A stretch of DNA of 64,000 nt from an uncultured Lachnospiraceae bacterium (lineage in GTDB: Bacteria; Bacillota; Clostridia; Christensenellales; UBA1242). The notes beneath the pieces were generated by a model. The model saw nothing but the letters and a program-made list of their open reading frames with translations. It was not told where the DNA came from and did not search any database. A program made the position numbers and the translations under genes. Every line of letters begins with the position of its first letter. The first letter of the stretch is position 1. The stretch lies in assembly GCA_964646345.1 (NCBI GenBank), contig CAZYDU010000003.1:25310-89309 (forward strand). The letters are read 5' to 3'. Below, piece after piece: positions 10,299-19,231 of the stretch.

Positions 10299-11207
10299 AT
10301 GGAATTAGTTATAATGGCTGCCGGAATGGGTAGCAGATATGGTGGGCTAAAACAACTTGACCCAATAGACGATAATGGAAATTTTATTATAGACTATTCA
10401 ATCTACGATGCAATTCGTTGCGGGTTTAATAAGGTTGTTTTTATAATAAAGGAGGAAAATTTTGAAGCTTTTAGAGAAACGATTGGAAAACGTGTTGAAA
10501 ATAAAATTGAAACCGTTTATGTTTTTCAGGACAATGACAATATTCCACTTGAATTTGAAGTGCCGGAAACAAGAACAAAACCTTTCGGAACAGGTCATGC
10601 AGTGCTTTGTGCAAAAGGTGTAGTACACTCAAACTTTGCAGTTATAAATGCCGATGATTTCTATGGTTATGAAGCTTTTAAATCAGCATCGGATTTTATG
10701 AAACTCAATTATTCGCCAAACACCTTTGCACTTATTGGATATAGAGCAGATAATACTTTCTGTTGTTCTAAAGCCGTTAAACGTGGAGTTTGCACCGTTA
10801 CAAAAGACAACAAACTTGCGAACATTGTTGAATCTTCTTTGAGCAAAGACGAGCTGGATGAAATTACGGCAACCCCTATTGATGGAAGTTCAACTAAACC
10901 ATTTCCCATCTCAAAAGATACTACTGTTTCAATGAATTTCTTTGCATTTTCTCCAAAGTTTATGGATTATTTAGATGCTGGATTTTTAGAATTTTTAGAG
11001 AAAAATCGTAAAGATTTATCTGCCTGCGAATTTTTCTTGCCAAGCGTTGTAACAAACCTTATCAAAGACGAAAAGGTTTCGGTTGATGTTATTGATACAA
11101 ATGCAGTTTGGTTTGGAATGACATATAAAGAAGATAAAGAATTTGTAAAGAATTGTATTAAAAATGAAGTTAGCAAAGGAACATACCCTGCTAATCTTTG
11201 GAATTAA
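10299..11207 (+). CDS. Sugar-phosphate nucleotidyltransferase family protein (substrate unknown)
   Basis: N-terminal MAAGMGSRYGGLKQ (G-x-G-x-R loop), GTGHAV and INADDFYG motifs. AAGGAG RBS upstream. Confidence 0.7.
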   Translation: MELVIMAAGMGSRYGGLKQLDPIDDNGNFIIDYSIYDAIRCGFNKVVFIIKEENFEAFRETIGKRVENKIETVYVFQDNDNIPLEFEVPETRTKPFGTGHAVLCAKGVVHSNFAVINADDFYGYEAFKSASDFMKLNYSPNTFALIGYRADNTFCCSKAVKRGVCTVTKDNKLANIVESSLSKDELDEITATPIDGSSTKPFPISKDTTVSMNFFAFSPKFMDYLDAGFLEFLEKNRKDLSACEFFLPSVVTNLIKDEKVSVDVIDTNAVWFGMTYKEDKEFVKNCIKNEVSKGTYPANLWN

Positions 11208-11214
11208 ATAAATA

Positions 11215-11252
11215 AACACCACCTATTCACACATACAAAGGCGGTGTTTTTT
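11215..11252 (+). terminator. Putative intrinsic terminator
   Basis: aacaccacc ... ggcggtgtt stem (one mismatch, 16-nt loop) followed by a T-run. Confidence 0.45.
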
Positions 11253-11277
11253 CAACAAAAAAATTTAAAATTTACTA

Positions 11278-11305
11278 TTGACATTTTAGTCATTTGTGTT
11301 AAACT
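11278..11305 (+). promoter_or_regulatory. Sigma-A-type promoter placing the TSS at or next to the ATG (leaderless mRNA)
   Basis: TTGACA, then 16 nt (with TGT extended -10), then TAAACT, then 6 nt, then the ATG at 11312. There is no SD sequence. Confidence 0.55.
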
Positions 11306-11311
11306 TTAATT

Positions 11312-12364
11312 ATGGAATATGTTAAATATCACAAGAAATTATGTAAAAATTTAAATGAATTACTTTCGCTAAACTATTTAGTGCTTGACACCTATGCACG
11401 AGCTTTCCCTGGAGATAAAAAATTCCGCACTCGTGAAAATTTACCTATGCCGACATCTAAAAGGCAAGAAGTTGAATTTAGTAGACTTCAGGATTATGCT
11501 GAAGAAAGAGTTAAAAGATTTAATGAGTTTCAAAGTGAACTAAATTCGGAAAACCTTGAAGCTATATTTTTTAATTTAGCTGAAGCCTATCTCGATTTCT
11601 ATAATTCAGAAATGGGCATGAATTATGGCATAAAAGATTTGATTAATTTGGAAAACAAGATTTTCGATTATCCAAAAGCATATAAACTAGGTGTTCTTGC
11701 AAGCAAAAGCACTCTACCTGAAGACACAAAAGACTATTTAATTCGTGGACTCAATGAAGTTATAACTGCTTACACTAAATATGATTATAATAAAGAGTTC
11801 CAATCTTTAACAAATGCCGCCTATAATGATGTTACCGACTACGGCACAAAATCTGAAAACTTTGAAAAAGATTATTTTGATTTAATTAGAATAGACAATA
11901 AAGACCTGATAAAATTTATAGACGAATGCAACAAGGTGTCTAGAAAATATGCATCTAAAAGAAATGAATATGTTTTGAGCTTAAATAAACATTTTAAGAC
12001 AATGAGTCAATTACAAGATAATGATGACATGTTCAATTTCTTTAATTTATCCCAAAATCTTGATAATATGGATATGCATTCGGAATTGTTTAGAGCAAGA
12101 ATGGTTGCAACAAACACACCTGCTAAAGTTCACACAATTCGCAACAAAATCACAGATAAAGTTGTAACACCTGAAAACCCAGAGAAAACTGTTAACATAA
12201 ATAAAACTACAGTTCATTATGAAGAATTTGCTAGATATATATCTTATGCGTTAACATTCCCTGAATTAAAGGAACAAGCAGACGCACTAAGCATAAAGTA
12301 TTTCGGTCAACCACTTGATGAAGAAACCAGCAACCCAATCAAGTATGGGAGAGAAAGCTTATAA
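11312..12364 (+). CDS. Hypothetical protein, paralog A (350 aa, soluble, family not recognised)
   Basis: Long ORF. It shares the N-terminal LN.L.S.NYL.LD and C-terminal FPEL.E.A...SI...G..L blocks, and the exact length, with the next gene. Confidence 0.75.
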   Translation: MEYVKYHKKLCKNLNELLSLNYLVLDTYARAFPGDKKFRTRENLPMPTSKRQEVEFSRLQDYAEERVKRFNEFQSELNSENLEAIFFNLAEAYLDFYNSEMGMNYGIKDLINLENKIFDYPKAYKLGVLASKSTLPEDTKDYLIRGLNEVITAYTKYDYNKEFQSLTNAAYNDVTDYGTKSENFEKDYFDLIRIDNKDLIKFIDECNKVSRKYASKRNEYVLSLNKHFKTMSQLQDNDDMFNFFNLSQNLDNMDMHSELFRARMVATNTPAKVHTIRNKITDKVVTPENPEKTVNINKTTVHYEEFARYISYALTFPELKEQADALSIKYFGQPLDEETSNPIKYGRESL

Positions 12365-12370
12365 GTCTAA

Positions 12371-12400
12371 AGCCACGATTTATTCTCGTGGCTTTTTTTA
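12371..12400 (+). terminator. Intrinsic terminator
   Basis: agccacga / tcgtggct 8-bp stem, 7-nt loop, then TTTTTTT. Confidence 0.8.
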
Positions 12401-12424
12401 TTGCTATAAATTTTTATGGCAGTA

Positions 12425-12452
12425 TTGACATTTTCTTGATTTGTGCTAAAAT
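12425..12452 (+). promoter_or_regulatory. Sigma-A-type promoter placing the TSS at or next to the ATG (leaderless mRNA)
   Basis: TTGACA, then 16 nt (TGC extended -10), then TAAAAT, then 6 nt, then the ATG at 12459. Same architecture as the promoter at 11278. Confidence 0.55.
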
Positions 12453-12458
12453 TTAGGT

Positions 12459-13511
12459 ATGGAAAAAATAAAAATTAAAGATAAAATGAACAATGATTTA
12501 AACTTTGCATTTTCAATCAACTATTTAATTCTTGATATACTAGATAAAATTACACCTAAGGGCAAAACAAACTTCACAAGAGAAGATATTTTTGCTGAAA
12601 AATCAATGTATGAAAATTACTTGTTTGAATTGCACAAAATTTATGCAGAAGCCCGTGAAGAAACTTTCGATACTATTCAAGAAAATTTCAACTCCATGAA
12701 TTATGCAAAAACATTTAAACAAAACAATGAAATTTTGTTGGATTTATTTAACGAAACAATGGGAACACAAGTTAAATATGACGAAGTGTTTTCTGAAAAA
12801 GACATTGAGAACTGGGACTTTTTCACAGAGTTCGAAGAAAAACTATCAAATTCCAATTTCTCAGATTTAAAAGTCTCAACTCTTGGGATTATGTTATATC
12901 AATACCTTAGTTTTTATAATGACTACAAAAACTGGCGTTCAGTTACTGAGATTTTTGAAGTTTTAAAAAATGATTTCAATAGTTATGGAGCACAATCGTT
13001 TACTTATGGAAAAACACAAAATCAAGAAATCTTGAAAGTTGACTGCGATTTCCTAAAATCAGTTCTTGATAAATGTGATAGTTTCGTTGAAAAGTATTAC
13101 AAGCAATACAATAAACAATTAAAAAAACTTTCAAAGAATGAAGACCCAAATGTTTTGGGTATTCCTGAAAATTTCTCCATACTTGAACAATGCGGTTCAC
13201 TTGATAAACTTGTTGAGTATTGTGATTTATTTGAAAATAGAATACATTCAGCAAACTCGTCACCTAATCTCAAAAAACCACTAAGTGCTAAAATACTCGA
13301 ATTTATAAATAACTTAAAAAATGAGCCAACCGAACCTGTGAAGGTAAAAGACATTTATATCCACAAGATTGAAATGCTAGACTTTTTGTCTATTCTCTCA
13401 ATGTTCCCAGAACTTTCAGAAATAGCAAAGAATGTTTCAATAACATGTTTAGGCGAAGATTTGGTTTCTGACTTAGAAGAAAAAATAAACACACAATCTG
13501 AAAAACAATAA
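12459..13511 (+). CDS. Hypothetical protein, paralog B (350 aa)
   Basis: See paralog A; conserved terminal blocks and identical length. Confidence 0.75.
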   Translation: MEKIKIKDKMNNDLNFAFSINYLILDILDKITPKGKTNFTREDIFAEKSMYENYLFELHKIYAEAREETFDTIQENFNSMNYAKTFKQNNEILLDLFNETMGTQVKYDEVFSEKDIENWDFFTEFEEKLSNSNFSDLKVSTLGIMLYQYLSFYNDYKNWRSVTEIFEVLKNDFNSYGAQSFTYGKTQNQEILKVDCDFLKSVLDKCDSFVEKYYKQYNKQLKKLSKNEDPNVLGIPENFSILEQCGSLDKLVEYCDLFENRIHSANSSPNLKKPLSAKILEFINNLKNEPTEPVKVKDIYIHKIEMLDFLSILSMFPELSEIAKNVSITCLGEDLVSDLEEKINTQSEKQ

Positions 13512-13518
13512 ATAAAAA

Positions 13519-13547
13519 CACTTAACATTTTAGTTAAGCGTTTTTTT
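13519..13547 (+). terminator. Putative intrinsic terminator overlapping the 3' end of the convergent GH13 gene
   Basis: cacttaac / gttaagcg stem (one mismatch) followed by TTTTTTT. Confidence 0.5.
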
Positions 13548-15312
13548 CTATCAAAATTTCAAACTCATTTTCTTTTAAAGTAAAGTTTGATGATTTATTT
13601 TGATTTAAAAATGAAGTATAGTTGCCTTTCAAATCAACAACTAATGGCGTTGAATTTAAATTTACAATCACAATCACACGTTCGTTATTATTAAATCTTT
13701 CAAAAGCAAACTTTCCATGTCTTGCATAAAGAATATTGATTTCGCCATCTTTTAATACTGGTAACTTTCTTATTTTTGTGAGTTTGCAAAACCAATCATA
13801 AATTTCGTTTTTATAGTTTAACCAATCAAAACAACCACGGGAACTGCCATCATTATCAAGCATACCATACTCATCGCCATAAAAAATTGATGGAACACCA
13901 GGGATAGTAAATATTAATGCAGAAGCAATTTTATAAAGTGAAATTGCTTTATTTTTATCATTATCACAAGATTTTAAAATCTCGCTAAAAACTCGCTTCG
14001 TGTCATGAGTTGTTAGAAAGTTCATCAAATTATCACGAACTAGCTTTGGGTAATTGTTTTCAAGCATTCTAATGGTTGATTCCAATGCATTTGGATTTTT
14101 AGTAAAGATATATTCCAGCACGGTTTCTTTTATTGGATAATTCATGACACTATTAAGTTCATTTTTTGAAAAGTATTGTCTGCGTTTTGAATAGCTTGTT
14201 TTTGTTGAAGCATCTTCCCACACTTCCCCCATAACAATATTGTCTTTACCAAATTCATGTACTTTTTTTTCTATTTTTTGAACAAATGAATCTGTTATTT
14301 CATCAACTACATCAAGTCTTACACCGGAAACTCCTAGTTTTAAAAATTTTTCCAAAACCCCGCCGTTTCCTGCTATAAAATTTTGAAAATCTTGGCAATC
14401 ATGATTAATGCTTGGAAGCGTATCAATTCCCCACCAACTGCGATATTTGTTTGGGTATTCATCGAAATCGTACCAATTATAAAATTTTGAATCCTTGCTT
14501 TTAAAAGCACCCAAAGTGTTAAATGTTCCATTTTTATTAAAATAGATTGAGTCACTTCCAGTGTGATTATAAACCCCGTCAAAAACTATCTTCATGCCTT
14601 TTTCTTTCGCCTTGTCAACAAGCTCCTTAAACTCTGTTTCCGTTCCAAACATATCATCAATTTTCATGTAGTCCGATGTATCATATTTATGATTACTATT
14701 TGCAAGCGAAATTGGGTTGAGATATATAGTTGTAACTCCAAGCCCTGCTAAATAATCAAGTTTAGAAATAATACCTTTAATATTTCCACCGAAAACTTCT
14801 TGATTTATTATAATTGGATCGGTGGAGTTTTTTTGAATTTTTCCACCCCAATCTTCACGCATGATTAGTGGTTTTCTTGCCTTAACATCTCCTTGTTTAC
14901 AGAACCTGTCAACATAAATTTGATATATTAACCCGCCTTGCATTGAGTTTTCGCAATCATATTTTTTTTCAGTCACAAGTTGCAAGAAATCTTCTTGTTT
15001 CTCTGGCGATAAAGAAGACCTTGTGTCAAAAGTCTTGTTTAAATAAACGCAAAAATCCTGAAAGACTAACTGAAAATTATACCAAAAATGCCCGAATGTA
15101 TCAAACTCGTACTCAATTTCATAACCATTTTTAACAGCTTTCATTTCTAAATATTTATAGTTTTCATCGGTATCATTTTTTATCATGAAATAAACATTTT
15201 TTAAATTCTCGTCAGTTTCAAGCTCAATGTAAAATTTTACATTTGTTTTTTGTGTAATTACACCCTTTGGAAATTTAAAAAGCAAAGGGTCATACTTTGC
15301 TTTTATGCTCAT
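13534..15312 (-). CDS. GH13 alpha-amylase-family enzyme (neopullulanase/alpha-glucosidase-like, cytoplasmic)
   Basis: GH13 conserved regions VFDGVYNHTG, GVRLDVVDE, GEVWED and FLTTHDT. No signal peptide. Confidence 0.8.
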   Translation of the reverse strand: MSIKAKYDPLLFKFPKGVITQKTNVKFYIELETDENLKNVYFMIKNDTDENYKYLEMKAVKNGYEIEYEFDTFGHFWYNFQLVFQDFCVYLNKTFDTRSSLSPEKQEDFLQLVTEKKYDCENSMQGGLIYQIYVDRFCKQGDVKARKPLIMREDWGGKIQKNSTDPIIINQEVFGGNIKGIISKLDYLAGLGVTTIYLNPISLANSNHKYDTSDYMKIDDMFGTETEFKELVDKAKEKGMKIVFDGVYNHTGSDSIYFNKNGTFNTLGAFKSKDSKFYNWYDFDEYPNKYRSWWGIDTLPSINHDCQDFQNFIAGNGGVLEKFLKLGVSGVRLDVVDEITDSFVQKIEKKVHEFGKDNIVMGEVWEDASTKTSYSKRRQYFSKNELNSVMNYPIKETVLEYIFTKNPNALESTIRMLENNYPKLVRDNLMNFLTTHDTKRVFSEILKSCDNDKNKAISLYKIASALIFTIPGVPSIFYGDEYGMLDNDGSSRGCFDWLNYKNEIYDWFCKLTKIRKLPVLKDGEINILYARHGKFAFERFNNNERVIVIVNLNSTPLVVDLKGNYTSFLNQNKSSNFTLKENEFEILIEKNA

Positions 15313-15342
15313 AAAATAAACCCCCTTGCTTTATTTTATTTA

Positions 15343-17760
15343 TTAATTTGTTAAATGCCAAATTTTGTTAACATAGTCTTGAATTGCTCTATCTGATGAG
15401 AATTGACCCATTGATGAAATACAATGCAAAACTTTTTTATTCCAAAATTCAGGGTCTGTGTAGGCTTTATCCATTCTATCATAAGCATCAAGATATGAAT
15501 CAAAGTCAGCAAGACACATATATAAATCTTTATTGTTTGAATGACCAAGCAAATATGATACAAGGTCAGCAAAAGACTCGCCACCAATGCCAATATTCAT
15601 TTTATCAACAACGCTTCTAACACGTTCTGATGTGATATAGTATTCAGTTGCATTATAGCCACGACTCTTAATTTTATCAACTTCATCAGCTGTCAAACCA
15701 AACTCAAAAGCATTTTCATGACTACATTCATCAGAAATTTCAATGTTTGCACCATCAGATGTACACATCATTAATGCACCATTGATAACAGCTTTCATGT
15801 TACCCGTTCCACTAGCTTCACGACCAGCAAGTGAAATTTGCTCAGTAACTTCAGTTGCAGGCATCAAAATTTCAGAGATTGTTACTGAATAGTTTTCAAT
15901 AAACACAACCTGAAGTTTTTCTCTTAGCACAGGGTCAAGGCTAATTTCATAAGACAAACGATTGATAAGTTGAATTATTCTTTTTGCCATTTCATAACCC
16001 GAAGCGGCTTTGCCTGCAAAGAAAAACACTTGTGGCGTTACTTTATTGTCAGGATTTTCCCTGATTTGATTGCAAAGATAAATAATACGCATTGCATTCA
16101 TAAGTTGACGTTTATACTCATGAATTCGTTTTGCTTGAACATCAAATCTCCAATTTGGATTAACATCAATACCCTGAGTTTCTTTCAAGTATTTTGCTAA
16201 TTTTTTCTTACTTTCAAGCTTGATGTCTTGAAGTTTGTTTAACACTGCCTTATCGTCATAATATTCTTCGAGTTTTCTGAGTGACATTGGGTCTTTGTAA
16301 TACTCTTTGCCAATCAATGAAACTATCAATTCATCTAAATCCGGATTACATTGGCTAAGCCATCTTCTATGGGTTATCCCATTTGTTACATTTGTGAATT
16401 TATTAGGATAAATCTCAGCGTAAGCATTAAACAATCTAGTCTTTAATATGTGAGTATGAATTTTAGACACACCATTAACACTATGAGATGCGTAGATTGA
16501 AAGGTTTGCCATATAAACATTGTTGCCACTAATAATTGACATGGTTTCAAGTTTTCTATAGTCGCCATTACAATACTTTTCAAGTTCTATTCTAAATCTT
16601 CTATCAAGTTCTCTTAAAATCATTGCAATCCTTGGCATTGACTTTTCAATTTCGCTCATTTGTTGAACTTCTAATGCTTCACTTAAAATTGTGTGATTTG
16701 TGTAAGACACAACTTTTGATACGGCATTCCATGATTCTTCCCAACCAAACTCATACTTGTCAAGCAGGAGTCTCATAAGCTCAGGAATTAATAATGCTGG
16801 GTGCGTATCATTGATATGCACTGAAACTAGTTCTGGAAGTTTTGTTAATGTTTTGTGATGTGAAAAATAGTCAGCTAAAATGTTTTGCATTGCTGAAGAA
16901 ACTAAAAAGTATTCTTGATAAAGTCTAAGCCTTCTACCTTTATCCGTTTGGTCAGATGGATACAAAACTTTGTTTATAGCTTCAACTTCGTTTATTACTC
17001 GCATTGAGTCGGAAAAATCTCCGCCTTCAAATTTCTTTATATCAAATTCGTTAACAGCTTTAGCTTCCCATAATCTTAAAGTTACAACTGAGTCTGAATC
17101 ATAACCTGAAATTAACATATCATAAGGCAGAGCTTTTACAATTTCTGCACCTTCGATAGTGTAACTCATTCTATCATTGATATAATCTTGTTTAACAGTT
17201 CCGCCAAACAATACTTCAACTGCTTGGTCTTCTCTTGGGTCAAGCCAAACCCTGCCACTATCTAACCAATCATCAGGTGTTTCAATTTGCTTGCCATCAA
17301 CTATTCTTTGTTTAAATAAACCATATTCATATTTAATGCAGTGTCCAAAGGCACTATAGCCAAGCCTTGCAAGTGAATCTAAATAACATGAAGCAAGTCT
17401 GCCAAGACCACCATTTCCAAGACCTGCGTCTTTTTCAACCAAATAAACTTCTTCAATATTTTTTCCATTCTCTTGTAAGAATGTTTTGTAAGTTTCTTCT
17501 AGCTCCAAATTCCAAAGATTGTTTTTTAAGGTTTTTCCTATTAAAAACTCGATAGACATATAGTGGATTGTTTTTAGCTCATGTTTTTGTGCGTTGAATT
17601 TACCTTTTTTGCCATACAAAAACTCCTTAGAAATATTTGCTAAGGCATAATAGAGCTGTTTGTTTGTTGTGTGTTTAATATCTGTTCCATAATGCTCAAG
17701 CAAATATTCGCTAAGTCTATCCTTTGCATAATTATTTTGTGCTTCAGTCAACATATGCAC
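15343..17760 (-). CDS. glgP: Glycogen/maltodextrin phosphorylase
   Basis: 805 aa with the PLP-lysine motif EASGTGNMK and GLGNGGLGRLA. Confidence 0.93.
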   Translation of the reverse strand: MHMLTEAQNNYAKDRLSEYLLEHYGTDIKHTTNKQLYYALANISKEFLYGKKGKFNAQKHELKTIHYMSIEFLIGKTLKNNLWNLELEETYKTFLQENGKNIEEVYLVEKDAGLGNGGLGRLASCYLDSLARLGYSAFGHCIKYEYGLFKQRIVDGKQIETPDDWLDSGRVWLDPREDQAVEVLFGGTVKQDYINDRMSYTIEGAEIVKALPYDMLISGYDSDSVVTLRLWEAKAVNEFDIKKFEGGDFSDSMRVINEVEAINKVLYPSDQTDKGRRLRLYQEYFLVSSAMQNILADYFSHHKTLTKLPELVSVHINDTHPALLIPELMRLLLDKYEFGWEESWNAVSKVVSYTNHTILSEALEVQQMSEIEKSMPRIAMILRELDRRFRIELEKYCNGDYRKLETMSIISGNNVYMANLSIYASHSVNGVSKIHTHILKTRLFNAYAEIYPNKFTNVTNGITHRRWLSQCNPDLDELIVSLIGKEYYKDPMSLRKLEEYYDDKAVLNKLQDIKLESKKKLAKYLKETQGIDVNPNWRFDVQAKRIHEYKRQLMNAMRIIYLCNQIRENPDNKVTPQVFFFAGKAASGYEMAKRIIQLINRLSYEISLDPVLREKLQVVFIENYSVTISEILMPATEVTEQISLAGREASGTGNMKAVINGALMMCTSDGANIEISDECSHENAFEFGLTADEVDKIKSRGYNATEYYITSERVRSVVDKMNIGIGGESFADLVSYLLGHSNNKDLYMCLADFDSYLDAYDRMDKAYTDPEFWNKKVLHCISSMGQFSSDRAIQDYVNKIWHLTN

Positions 17761-17762
17761 TC

Positions 17763-19217
17763 CTATAATAATTCATTATATGTTTCAATATATTCTTTTG
17801 CGGTTTTATTCCAACTAAAGTCAAGTGACATGACTTTTTTGATTTTCTTTTCCCATTCAGCCTTGTCTTTAAAGTCATTTACTGCACGGCGAATAGAATA
17901 TTCAAGGTCACCAACAACTGCATTTGTGAATGTGTAACCATTACCACCACCAATGCAACCAAAGTCTTTGATAGTATCTTTAAGTCCACCAGTTTCACGA
18001 ACGATTGGAATAGCACCATAACGACTTGCAACAATTTGAGAAAGCCCGCATGGTTCTGTTAATGATGGCATTAAATAAATATCTGCACCAGAATAAATCT
18101 TTTTGCCAAGTTCTAAGCTGAAGCCTAAAGAAACATGCACGTTCTTTGGATATTTATTGTTAAGATAGCTAAAGAAATCGTAAAATTCCTTATCAGCAGC
18201 ACCAACACCAACAAGTTGAATGTCAAGTTCATTGATGAGTCTTTCAATACAACTTTTGATTAAATCAAAACCTTTTAATACATTGATTCTCGAACAAAAT
18301 GCCAAAATTGGTTTGTCAGGATTAACTTCCAAACAAAACTCTTTTTGCAAAAGTTCTTTGTTCTTTTTTCTTACATCGATGCTGTCTTTATCATAGTTTT
18401 GATAAATCACTTTGTCTGTTGCAGGATTGTAGAAATTGTAATCCAAACCATTCAAAATACCACGAAGCTTGTAAGCATTTTGGTTAACAATAGAAGACAA
18501 TCCGTTGCTATGTTCTGGTGTTTTGATTTCTTCAGCATAACTTGGACTAACTGTGATGATTTTGTCAGCAGTTACAATACCACCTTTCAAAATGTTAACA
18601 TCACCGTCTTGGTCAAGAATGTTTCTATATTGTTCATCAATACCCAAAACATCGGTTAAGATTTGTCTCCCGTATCTTCCTTGATATTGAATGTTGTGAA
18701 TATTTAAAATTGTTTTTATATTCTTGTATTTTTCGCCATAGTCTGTGGTCTTTAGATATACAGGGATAAGTGCTGATTGCCAATCATTAACATGAATAAT
18801 ATCTGGATAAAAGTCAATTATTGGCAAAATTTCAATGACACTTTTTGAGAAGAATGCAAATCTTTCTGCATCATCAAAGTAGCCATATTCGCCGTTATCA
18901 CGTTTGAAATATTTTTCATTGTCGATGAAATAATACTTGATGCCTTGATAATCATATTCAAAAACACCACAATATTCTTTTCTCCATGAAAGTGTGATAT
19001 AAATATATCCAATAAATTTAAAATCCTTTCTAAAGCATGATGGAATATTGCTATAAAGCGGAATGATTGTTCTTATGTCAATGTTTGGATTTTCTTGTTT
19101 AATTTCTCTTGGTAGACTTCCACAAACATCAGCTAGTCCACCTGTTGCACAAAAAGGTTGTGCTTCTGATGCTATAAATAACACCTTTTTCTTAGTATTT
19201 TTTTCTTGATTTTCCAT
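17763..19217 (-). CDS. glgA: Glycogen synthase
   Basis: N-terminal ASEAQPFCATGGLADV (KTGGL-type motif), plus C-terminal PSLTEPCGLSQ. Confidence 0.92.
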   Translation of the reverse strand: MENQEKNTKKKVLFIASEAQPFCATGGLADVCGSLPREIKQENPNIDIRTIIPLYSNIPSCFRKDFKFIGYIYITLSWRKEYCGVFEYDYQGIKYYFIDNEKYFKRDNGEYGYFDDAERFAFFSKSVIEILPIIDFYPDIIHVNDWQSALIPVYLKTTDYGEKYKNIKTILNIHNIQYQGRYGRQILTDVLGIDEQYRNILDQDGDVNILKGGIVTADKIITVSPSYAEEIKTPEHSNGLSSIVNQNAYKLRGILNGLDYNFYNPATDKVIYQNYDKDSIDVRKKNKELLQKEFCLEVNPDKPILAFCSRINVLKGFDLIKSCIERLINELDIQLVGVGAADKEFYDFFSYLNNKYPKNVHVSLGFSLELGKKIYSGADIYLMPSLTEPCGLSQIVASRYGAIPIVRETGGLKDTIKDFGCIGGGNGYTFTNAVVGDLEYSIRRAVNDFKDKAEWEKKIKKVMSLDFSWNKTAKEYIETYNELL

Positions 19218-19231
19218 ATTTTTTCTCCATA

